From: a virus
Direction: 5' to 3' (one strand)
DNA length: 64,000 nucleotides
IMG/VR virus record: IMGVR_UViG_3300019487_000003
Location: 1-64,000 of that record
The notes below the pieces were generated by a model. It saw only the letters and a program-made list of their open reading frames with translations. It was not told the DNA's origin and searched no databases. Each line of letters opens with the position of its first letter. Positions within the stretch are counted from its first letter, which is position 1. Below are positions 17,170-26,667 of this stretch, piece after piece. The position numbers and the translations under genes are program-made.

Positions 17170-18858
17170 ATGGGTAAGTGGTTTTACGAAAAGAATAATG
17201 AATTGATAGACAATCCAGAAATCAATAAGAAATTTGAGGAGATTCTTTGGATGAGTCAAAATGAATTTATTGAATGGATGAGAACTATGAGAGCCTCAGT
17301 AGTCCAATTATGGGATGAAAAGGGTTTACCTCCTCGTGTAGGATTTGATGAAGCAGAAATAGTTGATCAGTTTAAGAAATTAGAGGCCTTCAATACAACA
17401 CAATTTATTGTTAAGGATGAATTGACACAGACATATGATGTAATCAGAAACAATTCTGTTCTTGGTAATGCAGCGAATCAATGGTTTCCAACCATGATGA
17501 AAACGAAGATTGCATATAATAAGAATGAGGGCCTTTCTATCTACGATCATTTTAAGGAAGAGTCTTTATTCGAGAAAACAATCACATACGCAAAAAGACA
17601 TTTCAAGCGAGACTCTTTTTATCATTATTCAAACCCCGTCAAAAGTTTGCCAAAAAATGCTTCTCAAAATGATTTGAAAAAGAATCTAATAGCATCTACC
17701 TCTGCAATAGAATGGATAGCAAAATTTGAAACACAATTCAGAAGCAAAAAATTAAACAATGTAGAATACGATTATTGGCTTGAAACAAAGGAAGAGGAAG
17801 AAAGTGTTTATACGGGCTATAATGAGGAACTGAAGAAAGCTAAGTGGCTGAAAATGAATGAGTCGGAATTTAACAGTATCAGCGATATGATACCTGATAA
17901 ATGCAAAACGAATCTTAATTGGTCGAAAGGAAAGTTTTGCCAAATTAGACTCTATGAATATGGACAACGTGTGTTTCCTTTAGGTCTTAAGGCTTTCAGA
18001 ATATCGTGGTGCCAATACGCTGTTAACTTTCCTCCTTTGACCGCAAAACATTTATATGAAGAATTCACAAAAGACTTAGTTGGGAAGCAAGATGTAATTA
18101 CATTGTGGGATCCTTCTTCTGGATGGGGTGGTCGTATATTGGGTGCAATGTCCATCAAAGAGGGACAAAAATATCATTATATTGGTACTGATCCTAATAC
18201 AGATCACAACACAGAGAAGGGTAGAACAAAGTATCATGAGTTAGCAGATTTCTATAATAAATGTTCCTATCGACAATCGCCGATTATTAATCAGTCAAAT
18301 AGCTATGAAATTTTTCAATGTGGTTCTGAAGAAATGAGAGAGCAAGAAAGATTTCATGAATATAAAGGGAAGGTTGATTTAGTCTTCACAAGTCCACCAT
18401 ATTTCTGTAAAGAAATTTATTCACAAGACGCCAATCAATCCTGTCATAAATTTAATGGGTATGAAGAATGGAGAGATGGTTTTTTAAGACCTACACTTGA
18501 AATAGCAGTTGAGTGGTTAAACAATGATAGATACCTACTCTGGAATATTGCGGACATTAAATTGGGTAAAGATATTCTTCCTCTTGAAGAAGACTCTAAG
18601 AAAATCTTAGAATCTTTGGGTATGAAGTTTATTAAGAAGATAAAGATGTGCCTCGCACAAATGCCGGGTGGTAATCGAATCGATCCTGATACAGGGGAAC
18701 CGATGGCAAAGAATTTTTGTAAGGTCCTTGATAGAGCAAATACAAAATTAATTACCTACGAAGAAGTCACCGCCGGTCAGGGGCCTAAGAAGAAAACAGA
18801 GCAATCCAAGGAAATATGGTTTAAATACGAACCAATCTTTGTTTTCCACAAAACTTGA
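17170..18858 (+). CDS. SAM-dependent methyltransferase-like protein (SPPY motif) with a ~300-aa N-terminal extension
   Basis: 'LWDPSSGWGGRILGA' (motif I-like) followed ~90 aa later by 'DLVFTSPPYF' (motif IV, (S/D/N)PP(Y/F)). Confidence 0.5.
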   Translation: MGKWFYEKNNELIDNPEINKKFEEILWMSQNEFIEWMRTMRASVVQLWDEKGLPPRVGFDEAEIVDQFKKLEAFNTTQFIVKDELTQTYDVIRNNSVLGNAANQWFPTMMKTKIAYNKNEGLSIYDHFKEESLFEKTITYAKRHFKRDSFYHYSNPVKSLPKNASQNDLKKNLIASTSAIEWIAKFETQFRSKKLNNVEYDYWLETKEEEESVYTGYNEELKKAKWLKMNESEFNSISDMIPDKCKTNLNWSKGKFCQIRLYEYGQRVFPLGLKAFRISWCQYAVNFPPLTAKHLYEEFTKDLVGKQDVITLWDPSSGWGGRILGAMSIKEGQKYHYIGTDPNTDHNTEKGRTKYHELADFYNKCSYRQSPIINQSNSYEIFQCGSEEMREQERFHEYKGKVDLVFTSPPYFCKEIYSQDANQSCHKFNGYEEWRDGFLRPTLEIAVEWLNNDRYLLWNIADIKLGKDILPLEEDSKKILESLGMKFIKKIKMCLAQMPGGNRIDPDTGEPMAKNFCKVLDRANTKLITYEEVTAGQGPKKKTEQSKEIWFKYEPIFVFHKT

Positions 18859-18878
18859 ATCCACAAATAATGGATTAT

Positions 18879-18907
18879 TTGACAACTGTTCCCCGATATG
18901 ATACAAT
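18879..18907 (+). promoter_or_regulatory. Sigma70-type promoter TTGACA-17-TGaTACAAT, 6 nt before the ATG at 18914
   Basis: Consensus -35, 17-nt spacer, extended -10. No SD before the ATG. Confidence 0.7.
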
Positions 18908-18913
18908 GTTCAT

Positions 18914-20950
18914 ATGAAGGCTGACAAACAACGACGCAAGCTGGAAATCGTGGCAAAGCTCATGGCCACAGAAAATATAGTTGTTGAGCATAGAAAAGTA
19001 TCTACAGCAGCATTTAATATTTCTCAACGGAAACTTATCCTTCCTGTCTGGAAGGAGATGAGTGAAGACCTTTATTCGATGTTAACAGCGCATGAGGTGG
19101 CCCATGCACTATACACAGAAAAAGATGTCTTCATGGAGAAGATTGTTAAACCGAAAGATTTAAGGATTAAGTCTGTCTTTAATTTGTTAGAAGATTCTCG
19201 TATAGAAAAATTAATACAAAAAAAGTTTCCTGGTCTTAAGCAGTCATTCAAAGTAGCTTACAAGGATATCTTTGAAAGAGATTTGTTAAAGACGCACGGA
19301 AAGGATATTAATAAAATCAAGTTTTTAGATAGAATTAATATCTATTACAAACTTGAATCACATGGGCTTGTAAAAGTAAATTTTTCCGAAAAAGAGTTAG
19401 AGTGGATAGATTTGATAGATAATTGCAAAACTATTAATCAAGTTATAGATTTATCTCATAAACTTTTAAAATATCTCGATGAGCAACAGGAAGAAGTTCC
19501 TGAGGATCAAGATGAAAATAATTCTGAGGAGAAATCGAGCGATGAAGAAGGCGATCCAGAAGAGATCCAAGATTCTTATGACCCAGCTCAATCAGATACC
19601 CAAGATGCACTAGATCAAGCGATAAAAAATTTACAAGATAATAATGCAAAAGATCCAGCATACCTAAATTTAGGTAAATTTGATCTTCCTAAAATTGTAA
19701 CTAATTTTAAGACAGTTCATAAAGAGATAAGAAGTCATTATGCTAGATATGCATCTGAATGGTCCGATGCCAAAAAAGCATTTGATGAATTTAAATTAAA
19801 AACGTTTCCTACTGTTAGTTATATGGCGCGTTTGTTTGAAATGAAAAAACGAGCAAAGGAAAGTTCGTTAATTAGGGTATCAAAAACTGGTATCTTAAAT
19901 ATGAACAAAATTTATAGCTACCAATATAACGATGATATATTCGAGAAGATGACAACAGCTTTAACTGGTAAAAGTCATGGACTGATAATGTATATAGATA
20001 TGTCCGCGAGCATGGAAGGTAACATGCGCGGGACAATAGAACAATTAATTTGTTTGGTTCTTTTTTGCCGAAAAGTCAAAATCCCTTTTGCTGTTTATGG
20101 TTTCAATGATATAAAATCAACAGGCAGAGAATATGGTATTTACCCTATAAGCGATTATCATAAATCTAACCTATCTGAAATATTGATTAGGAAGGGATTT
20201 GAGTTGAGAGAGTATTTTTCCTCAGAAATGACCCAAAGTGAATTATCTTTGGCATTTACAAATATGATGGCAGTTGCTTCTTTCTATGCAACAGAAAGGG
20301 GTATAGAAAGAACATGCCCTCCAACAGAAAGATTGGGTTCAACGCCCTTAAACGAAACTTTATTTTGTGCAACACAGATGGTTTCAGAATTTAAAAATAG
20401 GAACAAGATTGATATTGTCAATGTTGTTTTCTTAACAGACGGAGAGGCAACAGGTTCTTTAGTATATCAATCTGACGAAGGATATCCTAGATATGTTCAT
20501 GAACACGAACTTATATATCTTTATAGCAAAAAGAAAAAGAAAACATATTTACTCAAATCTGTTGAAGGTGGTTTCATGACAAATACTGATACCACAGAAT
20601 GTTTATTGAAAATTTTAAAAGATGTTTGTGATACAAATGTTATAGGTTTTTATATTTCATCGTCCGGTTTATCTCATTATGTTTCAAATGTAATGGATAA
20701 AGGTTCGCAGTCTTCGACAGTAAAAAATGCACAAAAAACTTTTCATGAAAATGGTGTTGTAGAACTTTCAAATGTGGGTTATGATTCCTATTTTATTATC
20801 AAGGGTGGAAAAAGTTTGAGGGCAACTGGGCATGAAATGTCTAATGATTATAGATATAAAGAATCCATATCAGATGATTTTCTTAAATACATGCAATCTA
20901 AAGTAGGAAGTAAAGGAATACTATCCAAATTCATACAAATAATTGCTTGA
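18914..20950 (+). CDS. cobT: CobT-like protein: N-terminal HExxH region, acidic linker, C-terminal vWA domain with MIDAS motif
   Basis: 'AHEVAHALYT', an acidic tract (aa ~190-230), 'MYIDMSASMEG' (DxSxS). Followed by a CobS/MoxR-like ATPase. Confidence 0.6.
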   Translation: MKADKQRRKLEIVAKLMATENIVVEHRKVSTAAFNISQRKLILPVWKEMSEDLYSMLTAHEVAHALYTEKDVFMEKIVKPKDLRIKSVFNLLEDSRIEKLIQKKFPGLKQSFKVAYKDIFERDLLKTHGKDINKIKFLDRINIYYKLESHGLVKVNFSEKELEWIDLIDNCKTINQVIDLSHKLLKYLDEQQEEVPEDQDENNSEEKSSDEEGDPEEIQDSYDPAQSDTQDALDQAIKNLQDNNAKDPAYLNLGKFDLPKIVTNFKTVHKEIRSHYARYASEWSDAKKAFDEFKLKTFPTVSYMARLFEMKKRAKESSLIRVSKTGILNMNKIYSYQYNDDIFEKMTTALTGKSHGLIMYIDMSASMEGNMRGTIEQLICLVLFCRKVKIPFAVYGFNDIKSTGREYGIYPISDYHKSNLSEILIRKGFELREYFSSEMTQSELSLAFTNMMAVASFYATERGIERTCPPTERLGSTPLNETLFCATQMVSEFKNRNKIDIVNVVFLTDGEATGSLVYQSDEGYPRYVHEHELIYLYSKKKKKTYLLKSVEGGFMTNTDTTECLLKILKDVCDTNVIGFYISSSGLSHYVSNVMDKGSQSSTVKNAQKTFHENGVVELSNVGYDSYFIIKGGKSLRATGHEMSNDYRYKESISDDFLKYMQSKVGSKGILSKFIQIIA

Positions 20951-20975
20951 AAATTTAAATTGATTGTGATAGAAT
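20947..20975 (+). promoter_or_regulatory. Sigma70-type promoter TTGAAA-17-TGaTAGAAT (21-nt leader with AGAGG SD)
   Basis: Read directly. Overlaps the stop codon of the upstream gene. Confidence 0.55.
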
Positions 20976-20996
20976 AATCCTATAACGTAGAGGTAA

Positions 20997-21947
20997 ATGG
21001 AAACGCAGTCCTTAATCCCACAACTTAATCCTTTGTATGTAAAGTTTGGTCACTTCGATGATATTAAAACAATCATTGAGTCACGAAAATTTTACCCGAT
21101 TTTTATCACAGGTTTATCTGGTAATGGTAAAACATTAATGTCCGAGCAAATTTGCGCTTTATTAAAGCGCCGATTGTTCAGAGTCAATATAACTATTGAA
21201 TCAGATGAAGATGATACCTTGGGTGGTATGAGAATGTCAAATGGCACAACGACATGGCACGATGGACCGGTTGTCCAGGCTATGGAGGGTGGTGATATTC
21301 TTTTATTAGATGAAGTTGATTTAGCCTCTACAAAAATTATGTGTTTGCAACCGATCCTCGAAGGATCGGGAATCTACTTGAAAAAGATAAACCGTTATGT
21401 AAAACCTAAAGAGGGTTTCAACATAATTGCAACTGCAAATACTAAGGGTCAAGGAACAGAAAGCGATAAGTTTGTTGGAACAAATGTTTTGAATGAGGCC
21501 TTCTTAGAAAGATTCGCAGTAACCTTTGAACAACCTTATCCTAAAGCCGCAGTAGAAAGAACGATCTTAAAAAAGGTCTTTCAAAGCAATCTTCAAGACG
21601 ACGACGAATTTATTGAATTGCTTCTACAATGGGCAGACTCTATAAGAACAACTTTTGATAAAGATGGTATTTCAGAAGTTATTTCAACCCGTAGGCTTGT
21701 TCATATAGCTAATGCTTATGCAATGTTCAAGGATAGAAAGAAAGCACTAGAACTTTGCATTAATCGTTTTGACGAAACAATAAAGACTGGATTCTTAAGT
21801 CTTTTTGAAAAGTATGAACAGACTAAGGATGTTGCTCAATCAATAGAAAAGAAGGAACCGAAACCCCACCCTAAGGGAATGGATTTAGATTCAATTTTAG
21901 CCACAAATATTGATGTGGATAAGTTGATGAGTAAAATCAAGCCTTGA
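20997..21947 (+). CDS. cobS: CobS/MoxR-type AAA+ ATPase
   Basis: Walker A 'GLSGNGKT', Walker B 'ILLLDEVD', MoxR/CobS-like length and layout. Confidence 0.7.
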   Translation: METQSLIPQLNPLYVKFGHFDDIKTIIESRKFYPIFITGLSGNGKTLMSEQICALLKRRLFRVNITIESDEDDTLGGMRMSNGTTTWHDGPVVQAMEGGDILLLDEVDLASTKIMCLQPILEGSGIYLKKINRYVKPKEGFNIIATANTKGQGTESDKFVGTNVLNEAFLERFAVTFEQPYPKAAVERTILKKVFQSNLQDDDEFIELLLQWADSIRTTFDKDGISEVISTRRLVHIANAYAMFKDRKKALELCINRFDETIKTGFLSLFEKYEQTKDVAQSIEKKEPKPHPKGMDLDSILATNIDVDKLMSKIKP

Positions 21948-21953
21948 CAAGGA

Positions 21954-21982
21954 TAAGAATTTTTGTTACAGTAAATGAGTGA
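21954..21982 (+). promoter_or_regulatory. Sigma70-type promoter TTGACA-17-TGtTACAGT
   Basis: Consensus -35, 17-nt spacer, TGn extended -10. Intergenic. Confidence 0.6.
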
Positions 21983-22024
21983 TGGTGGGAAAGTCTCATC
22001 AATATTAATAAAATGGAGAAACAT

Positions 22025-22237
22025 ATGGCAACTACACAATTGGACAAGATTGTAAATTTCTTGGTCACAGGCAATCAGCTTACAAAGACTGAGGCCCGCA
22101 AGCGTCTAGGTGTCCGCCGTTTGGCAGCTCGTATTTTTGATCTTCGCAATGAAGGTTATATCATCTATACGAATACCGGTACGGTTCGAGGACGCAAGGT
22201 AACGCAGTATCGCTTGGATAATTCGCAACAGTTCTAA
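22025..22237 (+). CDS. Small winged-helix/HTH DNA-binding-like protein
   Basis: GGAG 6 nt upstream of the ATG at 22025. 'LTKTEARKRLGVRRLAARIFDLRNEGYII' looks like an HTH plus wing. Confidence 0.5.
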   Translation: MATTQLDKIVNFLVTGNQLTKTEARKRLGVRRLAARIFDLRNEGYIIYTNTGTVRGRKVTQYRLDNSQQF

Positions 22238-22251
22238 AAAAACAGAAGTTT

Positions 22252-22310
22252 CCTGGGAGGAGGTCACCTCCTTAAACTGCGTTAAGTATTTCCTCCCAGG
22301 TTTTATTTTT
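22252..22310 (+). terminator. Rho-independent terminator with a nested inner hairpin
   Basis: CCTGGGAGGA (22252-61) pairs with TCCTCCCAGG (22291-22300). Inner hairpin GGAGG-TCA-CCTCC. TTTTATTTTT follows. Confidence 0.75.
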
Positions 22311-22324
22311 ATATAAGGCATATT

Positions 22325-22981
22325 ATGAAATTAAGTGATAATACTGTTACAATTCTCAAAAATTTTTCGACAATCAACCAATCAATTCAATTTAGAAAGG
22401 GTGATGTTTTGACAACTATTGCACCCTCTAATGCAATTCTCGGCGAAGCAAAACTTGCTGAATCACTTCCTAGGGATTTTGCAATTTATGATCTTCCTAA
22501 GTTCCTTGCAGCACACGATCTGATTGACAACCCCGATTTCACTTTCAAGGACAACCACGTTGTAATGTCTGCTGGTAAGAGACACGTTAGCGTTGTTTAT
22601 GCAGATCCTTCGGCTGTTAAATCTTTTAACAAGAAAGTTCAAATGCCTAAGGCAGAACTTGTTGTAGATTTGAATGAAAAGGATTGGTCAAGTTTGAAGA
22701 AGGCCGCAAGTGTTCTTGGTGTACCACACCTTACGATTTCTGGAAATGGAAAAAGCATTGTTTTTACTGTTCTTGATAATAAGAATACTGCTTTAGGAAA
22801 TTTCACTGTCGAATCAGAACAAGAGACAGATAAGACTTTTGAACTTGTTTTACACTTCGATAATTTGAAGATTGTTGATGGTACATACAAGATTTATATC
22901 TCAACTGAAATTGTTAATTTGAAGCATGTATCTGGGACTCTCCAATATTGGGTAGCAGCAGAAGCAAATAGCGGCATTTAA
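22325..22981 (+). CDS. gp45: Sliding clamp gp45
   Basis: 'MKLSDNTVTILKNFSTINQSI...FAIYDLPKFL' aligns with T4 gp45 'MKLSKDTTALLKNFATINSGI...VAIYDLNGFL'. Confidence 0.92.
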   Translation: MKLSDNTVTILKNFSTINQSIQFRKGDVLTTIAPSNAILGEAKLAESLPRDFAIYDLPKFLAAHDLIDNPDFTFKDNHVVMSAGKRHVSVVYADPSAVKSFNKKVQMPKAELVVDLNEKDWSSLKKAASVLGVPHLTISGNGKSIVFTVLDNKNTALGNFTVESEQETDKTFELVLHFDNLKIVDGTYKIYISTEIVNLKHVSGTLQYWVAAEANSGI

Positions 22982-23277
22982 TGAATAAAGAAGAAAAATA
23001 CGTCATCCCCGACCTACTTAAAATTTCTGAACATCCTCAGATTAAAGAGGCAGTTCTTAAAAGAGTTAGCGGAAAGATTCGTCTTTTACTTGATCCTCTT
23101 TATTACGCTTATGGTGCAGTCTCTACAATTGAAGAACACCTTAAGCATGTTAAATCTCCTAAACGAAAAGCCAAACTTGAATTCAAATTGAACCATTGGA
23201 AAAAAGTTATCCAGGTGTTAGAGGAAGACGCAAATGCCAAAAAAGACACAGAAACCAAAGAAGCAAAAGATAGTTAA
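22981..23277 (+). CDS. Hypothetical protein
   Basis: 98 aa, TAATG overlap with gp45. Confidence 0.45.
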   Translation: MNKEEKYVIPDLLKISEHPQIKEAVLKRVSGKIRLLLDPLYYAYGAVSTIEEHLKHVKSPKRKAKLEFKLNHWKKVIQVLEEDANAKKDTETKEAKDS

Positions 23278-23455
23278 GTTCACTCCAACTGAAATTAGTT
23301 TGGACTTTCTGAAATATAATGTTTATTTGCTTTTTAAGGCAACATGCGCTAATGCTGTTGTAGCTAATTCAAGCACACCGGACTTATCACCATCCGAAAT
23401 TGCAGCTAAAGCAGATATATTAGCGGCACTTTTAGATACAAACATAAAGTTGTAA
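23234..23455 (+). CDS. Hypothetical small protein (start uncertain)
   Basis: 73-aa ORF overlapping the upstream ORF by 44 nt. Fills the gap before gp44. Confidence 0.35.
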   Translation: MPKKTQKPKKQKIVKFTPTEISLDFLKYNVYLLFKATCANAVVANSSTPDLSPSEIAAKADILAALLDTNIKL

Positions 23456-23456
23456 T

Positions 23457-24401
23457 ATGTCAGAACGTGAGCATTTTCTTTGGGTTGAAAAATATCGTCC
23501 ACGTGATATTGAGTCCTGTATTCTTCCAGAAATAACAAAACAAATATTTAAGGGTATGGTTAAAGAACAGAGAGTTAACCATCTTCTTTTAACTGGTGGT
23601 GCCGGCCAGGGTAAAACAACTGTTGCAAGAGCATTGTGCCATGAGGTTAATGCCGATTATCTTTTTGTAAACGGATCTGACGAAAGAGGGATCGATACTT
23701 TAAGAACAAAGATTAAGGGATATGCTTCATCACTTTCAGTTCTTGGTGGACAAAAAGTTATCATCATTGATGAGGCCGATTATTTAACACCAGAAGCACA
23801 AGCAGCTTTGCGTGGTGTAATGGAAGAATTTGCTAAGAACTGTTCTTTCATTTTTACCTGTAACTTCAAAAACAAAATTATTGATGCTTTACATTCAAGA
23901 TGTGGTGTTGTTGAGTTTAGAATTCCTAAAGAAGACAAATCAAAACTTATTGAATCAGCTTATAAGAGAATATCTGAAATTCTTAAGTTAGAGGATGTAA
24001 AGTTTGAACCAAAAGTAGTTGGACAATTGATTGTTCAATTTTTTCCTGATTATCGCAGAACGATTAATGAACTGCAAAAGTATGCAAAGATTAATGGTGA
24101 AATTAATGAGGGTGTGCTTTCTCAGGCATTTGAAATTGATATTGTTTCGCTTTTCTCATCTCTTAAGGATAAAGACTTTGAAAAGGTTCGTCAATGGGTC
24201 ATATCAAATTTAGATAATGATCAAGCAAAGATTTATCGCAAAATTTATGATGCACTGAGGGGAAGAATGGTTCCCGAAAGTGTTCCTCAAGCTATTTTAC
24301 ACTTAGCTGATTATCAATATAAAAGCGCGATGAGTGCTGACCCAGAAATTTGCTTGTTGGCGTGTCTCGTGCAACTCATGATCGACTGTCAATGGAAGTA
24401 A
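23457..24401 (+). CDS. gp44: Clamp loader large subunit gp44 (RFC-like AAA+)
   Basis: 'WVEKYRP', Walker A 'GGAGQGKTT', Walker B 'IIIDEAD', 'SRC' box 'LHSRCGVVEF'. Confidence 0.92.
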   Translation: MSEREHFLWVEKYRPRDIESCILPEITKQIFKGMVKEQRVNHLLLTGGAGQGKTTVARALCHEVNADYLFVNGSDERGIDTLRTKIKGYASSLSVLGGQKVIIIDEADYLTPEAQAALRGVMEEFAKNCSFIFTCNFKNKIIDALHSRCGVVEFRIPKEDKSKLIESAYKRISEILKLEDVKFEPKVVGQLIVQFFPDYRRTINELQKYAKINGEINEGVLSQAFEIDIVSLFSSLKDKDFEKVRQWVISNLDNDQAKIYRKIYDALRGRMVPESVPQAILHLADYQYKSAMSADPEICLLACLVQLMIDCQWK

Positions 24402-24805
24402 AAGAACGTAAATCCTATTTGTTCGATTTTTTAAATTCTATCTCATTCAACAAAGACAATCTTTTAGATTCTTTGGAAGAGAAGGAATATAATGCCTATA
24501 TGATCAATAGGTATCTATCTTTTGAACCCGATACTTTGATGTATGCCCAAGAAATGAATCAAAGATATTATCTGCCGCAGATGATTCAATTCGATTTTTT
24601 GAGATTCGGAATCAGAAAGAAAAAGAGATTTTTCAAATATATCAAAAAAGAAAAAGAAGAAAACATCAATATTGTTAAAGAATATTATGGATATTCAAAC
24701 AAAACAGCAAGAGAAGCACTGGAAATTCTTTCTGAAGATGAACTAGCATATATGCAATCAAGAATGGAAAAAGGGGGCAAGAAGGGTAAGAAAGACGTGG
24801 AATAA
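24392..24805 (+). CDS. gp62: Clamp loader small subunit gp62 (by position and size)
   Basis: ATG at 24392 overlaps the end of gp44. Sits in the T4 44-62-regA position. Sequence similarity not verifiable by eye. Confidence 0.55.
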   Translation: MEVKERKSYLFDFLNSISFNKDNLLDSLEEKEYNAYMINRYLSFEPDTLMYAQEMNQRYYLPQMIQFDFLRFGIRKKKRFFKYIKKEKEENINIVKEYYGYSNKTAREALEILSEDELAYMQSRMEKGGKKGKKDVE

Positions 24806-24832
24806 GATTAAAGCTATCAAGACTTCGAGGAA

Positions 24833-24840
24833 TATAAATA
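24833..24840 (+). promoter_or_regulatory. Perfect TATAAATA upstream of regA
   Basis: Intergenic, 17 nt upstream of the ATG at 24858. Confidence 0.4.
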
Positions 24841-24857
24841 TTTCTGAGAACTAAAGT

Positions 24858-25274
24858 ATGAAGGATAATATGGATATACTTGATAGCTTAATTGAAGTTA
24901 CGCTTAAAAAACCCGACGATTTTCTCAAGATTCGTGAAACATTAACACGTATAGGTGTTGCATCCCGTCACGAAAAAGTCTTGTATCAATCTTGCCATAT
25001 CTTACATAAAAGACAAAGATATTACCTTGTTCATTTCAAAGAATTGTTTAAGTTAGATGGTAAACCTTCTTCATTAAGTGAAGATGATTTAGCAAGAAGA
25101 AATACAATAGCAAACGTATTAGCGGAATGGGGCCTTTTAAATCTTGTTGATGCAAAGAAAAGTGAATCTCCTGTATGCGCTATAGGGCAAATAAAAATTC
25201 TTCCTTTCAAAGAAAAGAAAGAATGGAAGTTAGAAGCGAAGTATAATATTGGAGCAAAGAAACAAGTATTCTAA
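24858..25274 (+). CDS. regA: Translational repressor RegA
   Basis: 'IEVTLKKPDDFLKIRETLTRIGVA...KVLYQSCHILHKR..YYLVHFKELF' aligns with T4 RegA 'IEITLKKPEDFLKVKETLTRMGIA...KVLYQSCHILQKKGLYYIVHFKEML'. Alternative start at 24870 after AAGGA. Confidence 0.92.
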   Translation: MKDNMDILDSLIEVTLKKPDDFLKIRETLTRIGVASRHEKVLYQSCHILHKRQRYYLVHFKELFKLDGKPSSLSEDDLARRNTIANVLAEWGLLNLVDAKKSESPVCAIGQIKILPFKEKKEWKLEAKYNIGAKKQVF

Positions 25275-25281
25275 AATTATT

Positions 25282-25734
25282 ATGAAACCTGTGCTTAAAG
25301 TTTATCGTGAAACTCACGATGCAATTCTTCCAAAATATTCTACAGAAAGTTCGGCATGTTTTGATATTCATGCCTATCTTCCATTTGCTCCAAAATCTCT
25401 ATTGTTGCGTCTTGAAAGTAGAGTTTTAGTTCCGACTGGTTTGATATTCGATATACCCTCTGGATATTCATTACGTTTGCATCCCCGTTCTGGCCTTGCA
25501 TTAAAACAGGGCATAACTCTCGTAAACGCAGAAGGTGTGGTTGATGAAGATTATACACAACCAGTTAGTGTAATTTTGTTAAATACATCTAAAGAAGATG
25601 TTGTGATAAATCATGGAGACAGAATATGCCAAGCGGAACTTGTTCTTGATACTCGTTGCACAATAGAAGAAATACAATCACAACCAAAAATCAAAACGAA
25701 TAGAACAGGCGGGTTTGGCTCAACTGGCAAATAG
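25282..25734 (+). CDS. dut: dUTPase (trimeric type)
   Basis: Motifs 'SACFDI', 'HPRSGLALK', 'GVVDEDY', 'RICQ', C-terminal 'RTGGFGSTG'. Confidence 0.9.
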   Translation: MKPVLKVYRETHDAILPKYSTESSACFDIHAYLPFAPKSLLLRLESRVLVPTGLIFDIPSGYSLRLHPRSGLALKQGITLVNAEGVVDEDYTQPVSVILLNTSKEDVVINHGDRICQAELVLDTRCTIEEIQSQPKIKTNRTGGFGSTGK

Positions 25735-25737
25735 ACC

Positions 25738-25935
25738 TTGTGGGCTGATAAAAAACAAGATACCGTTACTGTAACGATTAATATAGAAATCGTGGAATAT
25801 ATCGATAATCCTGTTCCATGCTTCCAAGCATCGTGCGAAAAGTTCAATATTACCGCTATTGGAAAAAGTCCTTGCGAAGCCAAGCAAAAGATGATACAAT
25901 TGATAGAGAGCACTGAATTTTTGCAGAAAAGATAA
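25738..25935 (+). CDS. Small protein with a HicB/UPF0150-like pattern (tentative); TTG start
   Basis: 'FQASCEKFNITAIGKSPCEAKQKMIQLIE' resembles the 'vA.vPdlpGc.a.G.T.eEA' core of HicB-fold proteins. Weak evidence. Confidence 0.3.
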   Translation: MWADKKQDTVTVTINIEIVEYIDNPVPCFQASCEKFNITAIGKSPCEAKQKMIQLIESTEFLQKR

Positions 25936-25936
25936 T

Positions 25937-26614
25937 ATGAGACTAGTTTGTTTTTCAGATACGCACACGTATCACAATTCTATAACTGATAAGCTACCTG
26001 AAGCTGACGTCCTACTTTTTTCTGGAGATTCTTGTGGCAGAGGCTCACTTTTTGAGGTAGAGGATTTTGGACTTTGGTTGAGCAGTATTTCTTCTCGATA
26101 CAAAAAAATTCTTGTGATTGCAGGTAATCATGATTGGGCCTTCGAGCGCAATCCTACACAAGCAAAAGAACTTATAGAAATCGAAAGTAACATAACATAC
26201 CTAAGAGATGAAGCTATAACATTTGAAGGTGTAAATTTTTACGGAAGCCCCTGGCAACCGGAATTTTGTAATTGGGCATTTAATGTCCCGAGAGGCCCCC
26301 GACTGGCCGAAATCTGGAGTAAAATTCCAGATAATACCGATGTTCTGATTACTCATGGTCCAGTTTATGGTGTTTGTGATTTTACAGAATACGATAAAAT
26401 CAATGTTGGTTGTCAAGACCTCCTAGAACGTGTAAATGTGATTAAACCACTTCTACACCTTTTTGGTCATATACATGAAGGTTATGGAATTGTTGAGAAG
26501 GATGGTGTAGTTTATGCAAATGCATCTATTTGCACCCTTCGATACAAACCAATAAACGATCCTTTTGTATTCGACCTTGACATCAAGGAAAGAAAACTTA
26601 CCAAAGTTTCATAG
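25937..26614 (+). CDS. Metallophosphoesterase (calcineurin-like)
   Basis: 'FSDTH', 'SGD', 'GNHD', 'THGP', 'GHIHEG'. Confidence 0.8.
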   Translation: MRLVCFSDTHTYHNSITDKLPEADVLLFSGDSCGRGSLFEVEDFGLWLSSISSRYKKILVIAGNHDWAFERNPTQAKELIEIESNITYLRDEAITFEGVNFYGSPWQPEFCNWAFNVPRGPRLAEIWSKIPDNTDVLITHGPVYGVCDFTEYDKINVGCQDLLERVNVIKPLLHLFGHIHEGYGIVEKDGVVYANASICTLRYKPINDPFVFDLDIKERKLTKVS

Positions 26615-26631
26615 CTTCTAATCATTTGTGC

Positions 26632-26639
26632 AATAAATA
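26632..26639 (+). promoter_or_regulatory. Late-promoter-like AATAAATA upstream of the lysozyme gene
   Basis: One mismatch to TATAAATA. Intergenic, 28 nt before the ATG, with an AGGAG SD between. Confidence 0.35.
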
Positions 26640-26667
26640 GTTGCATAAATGTATTAGGAGTTAACAA

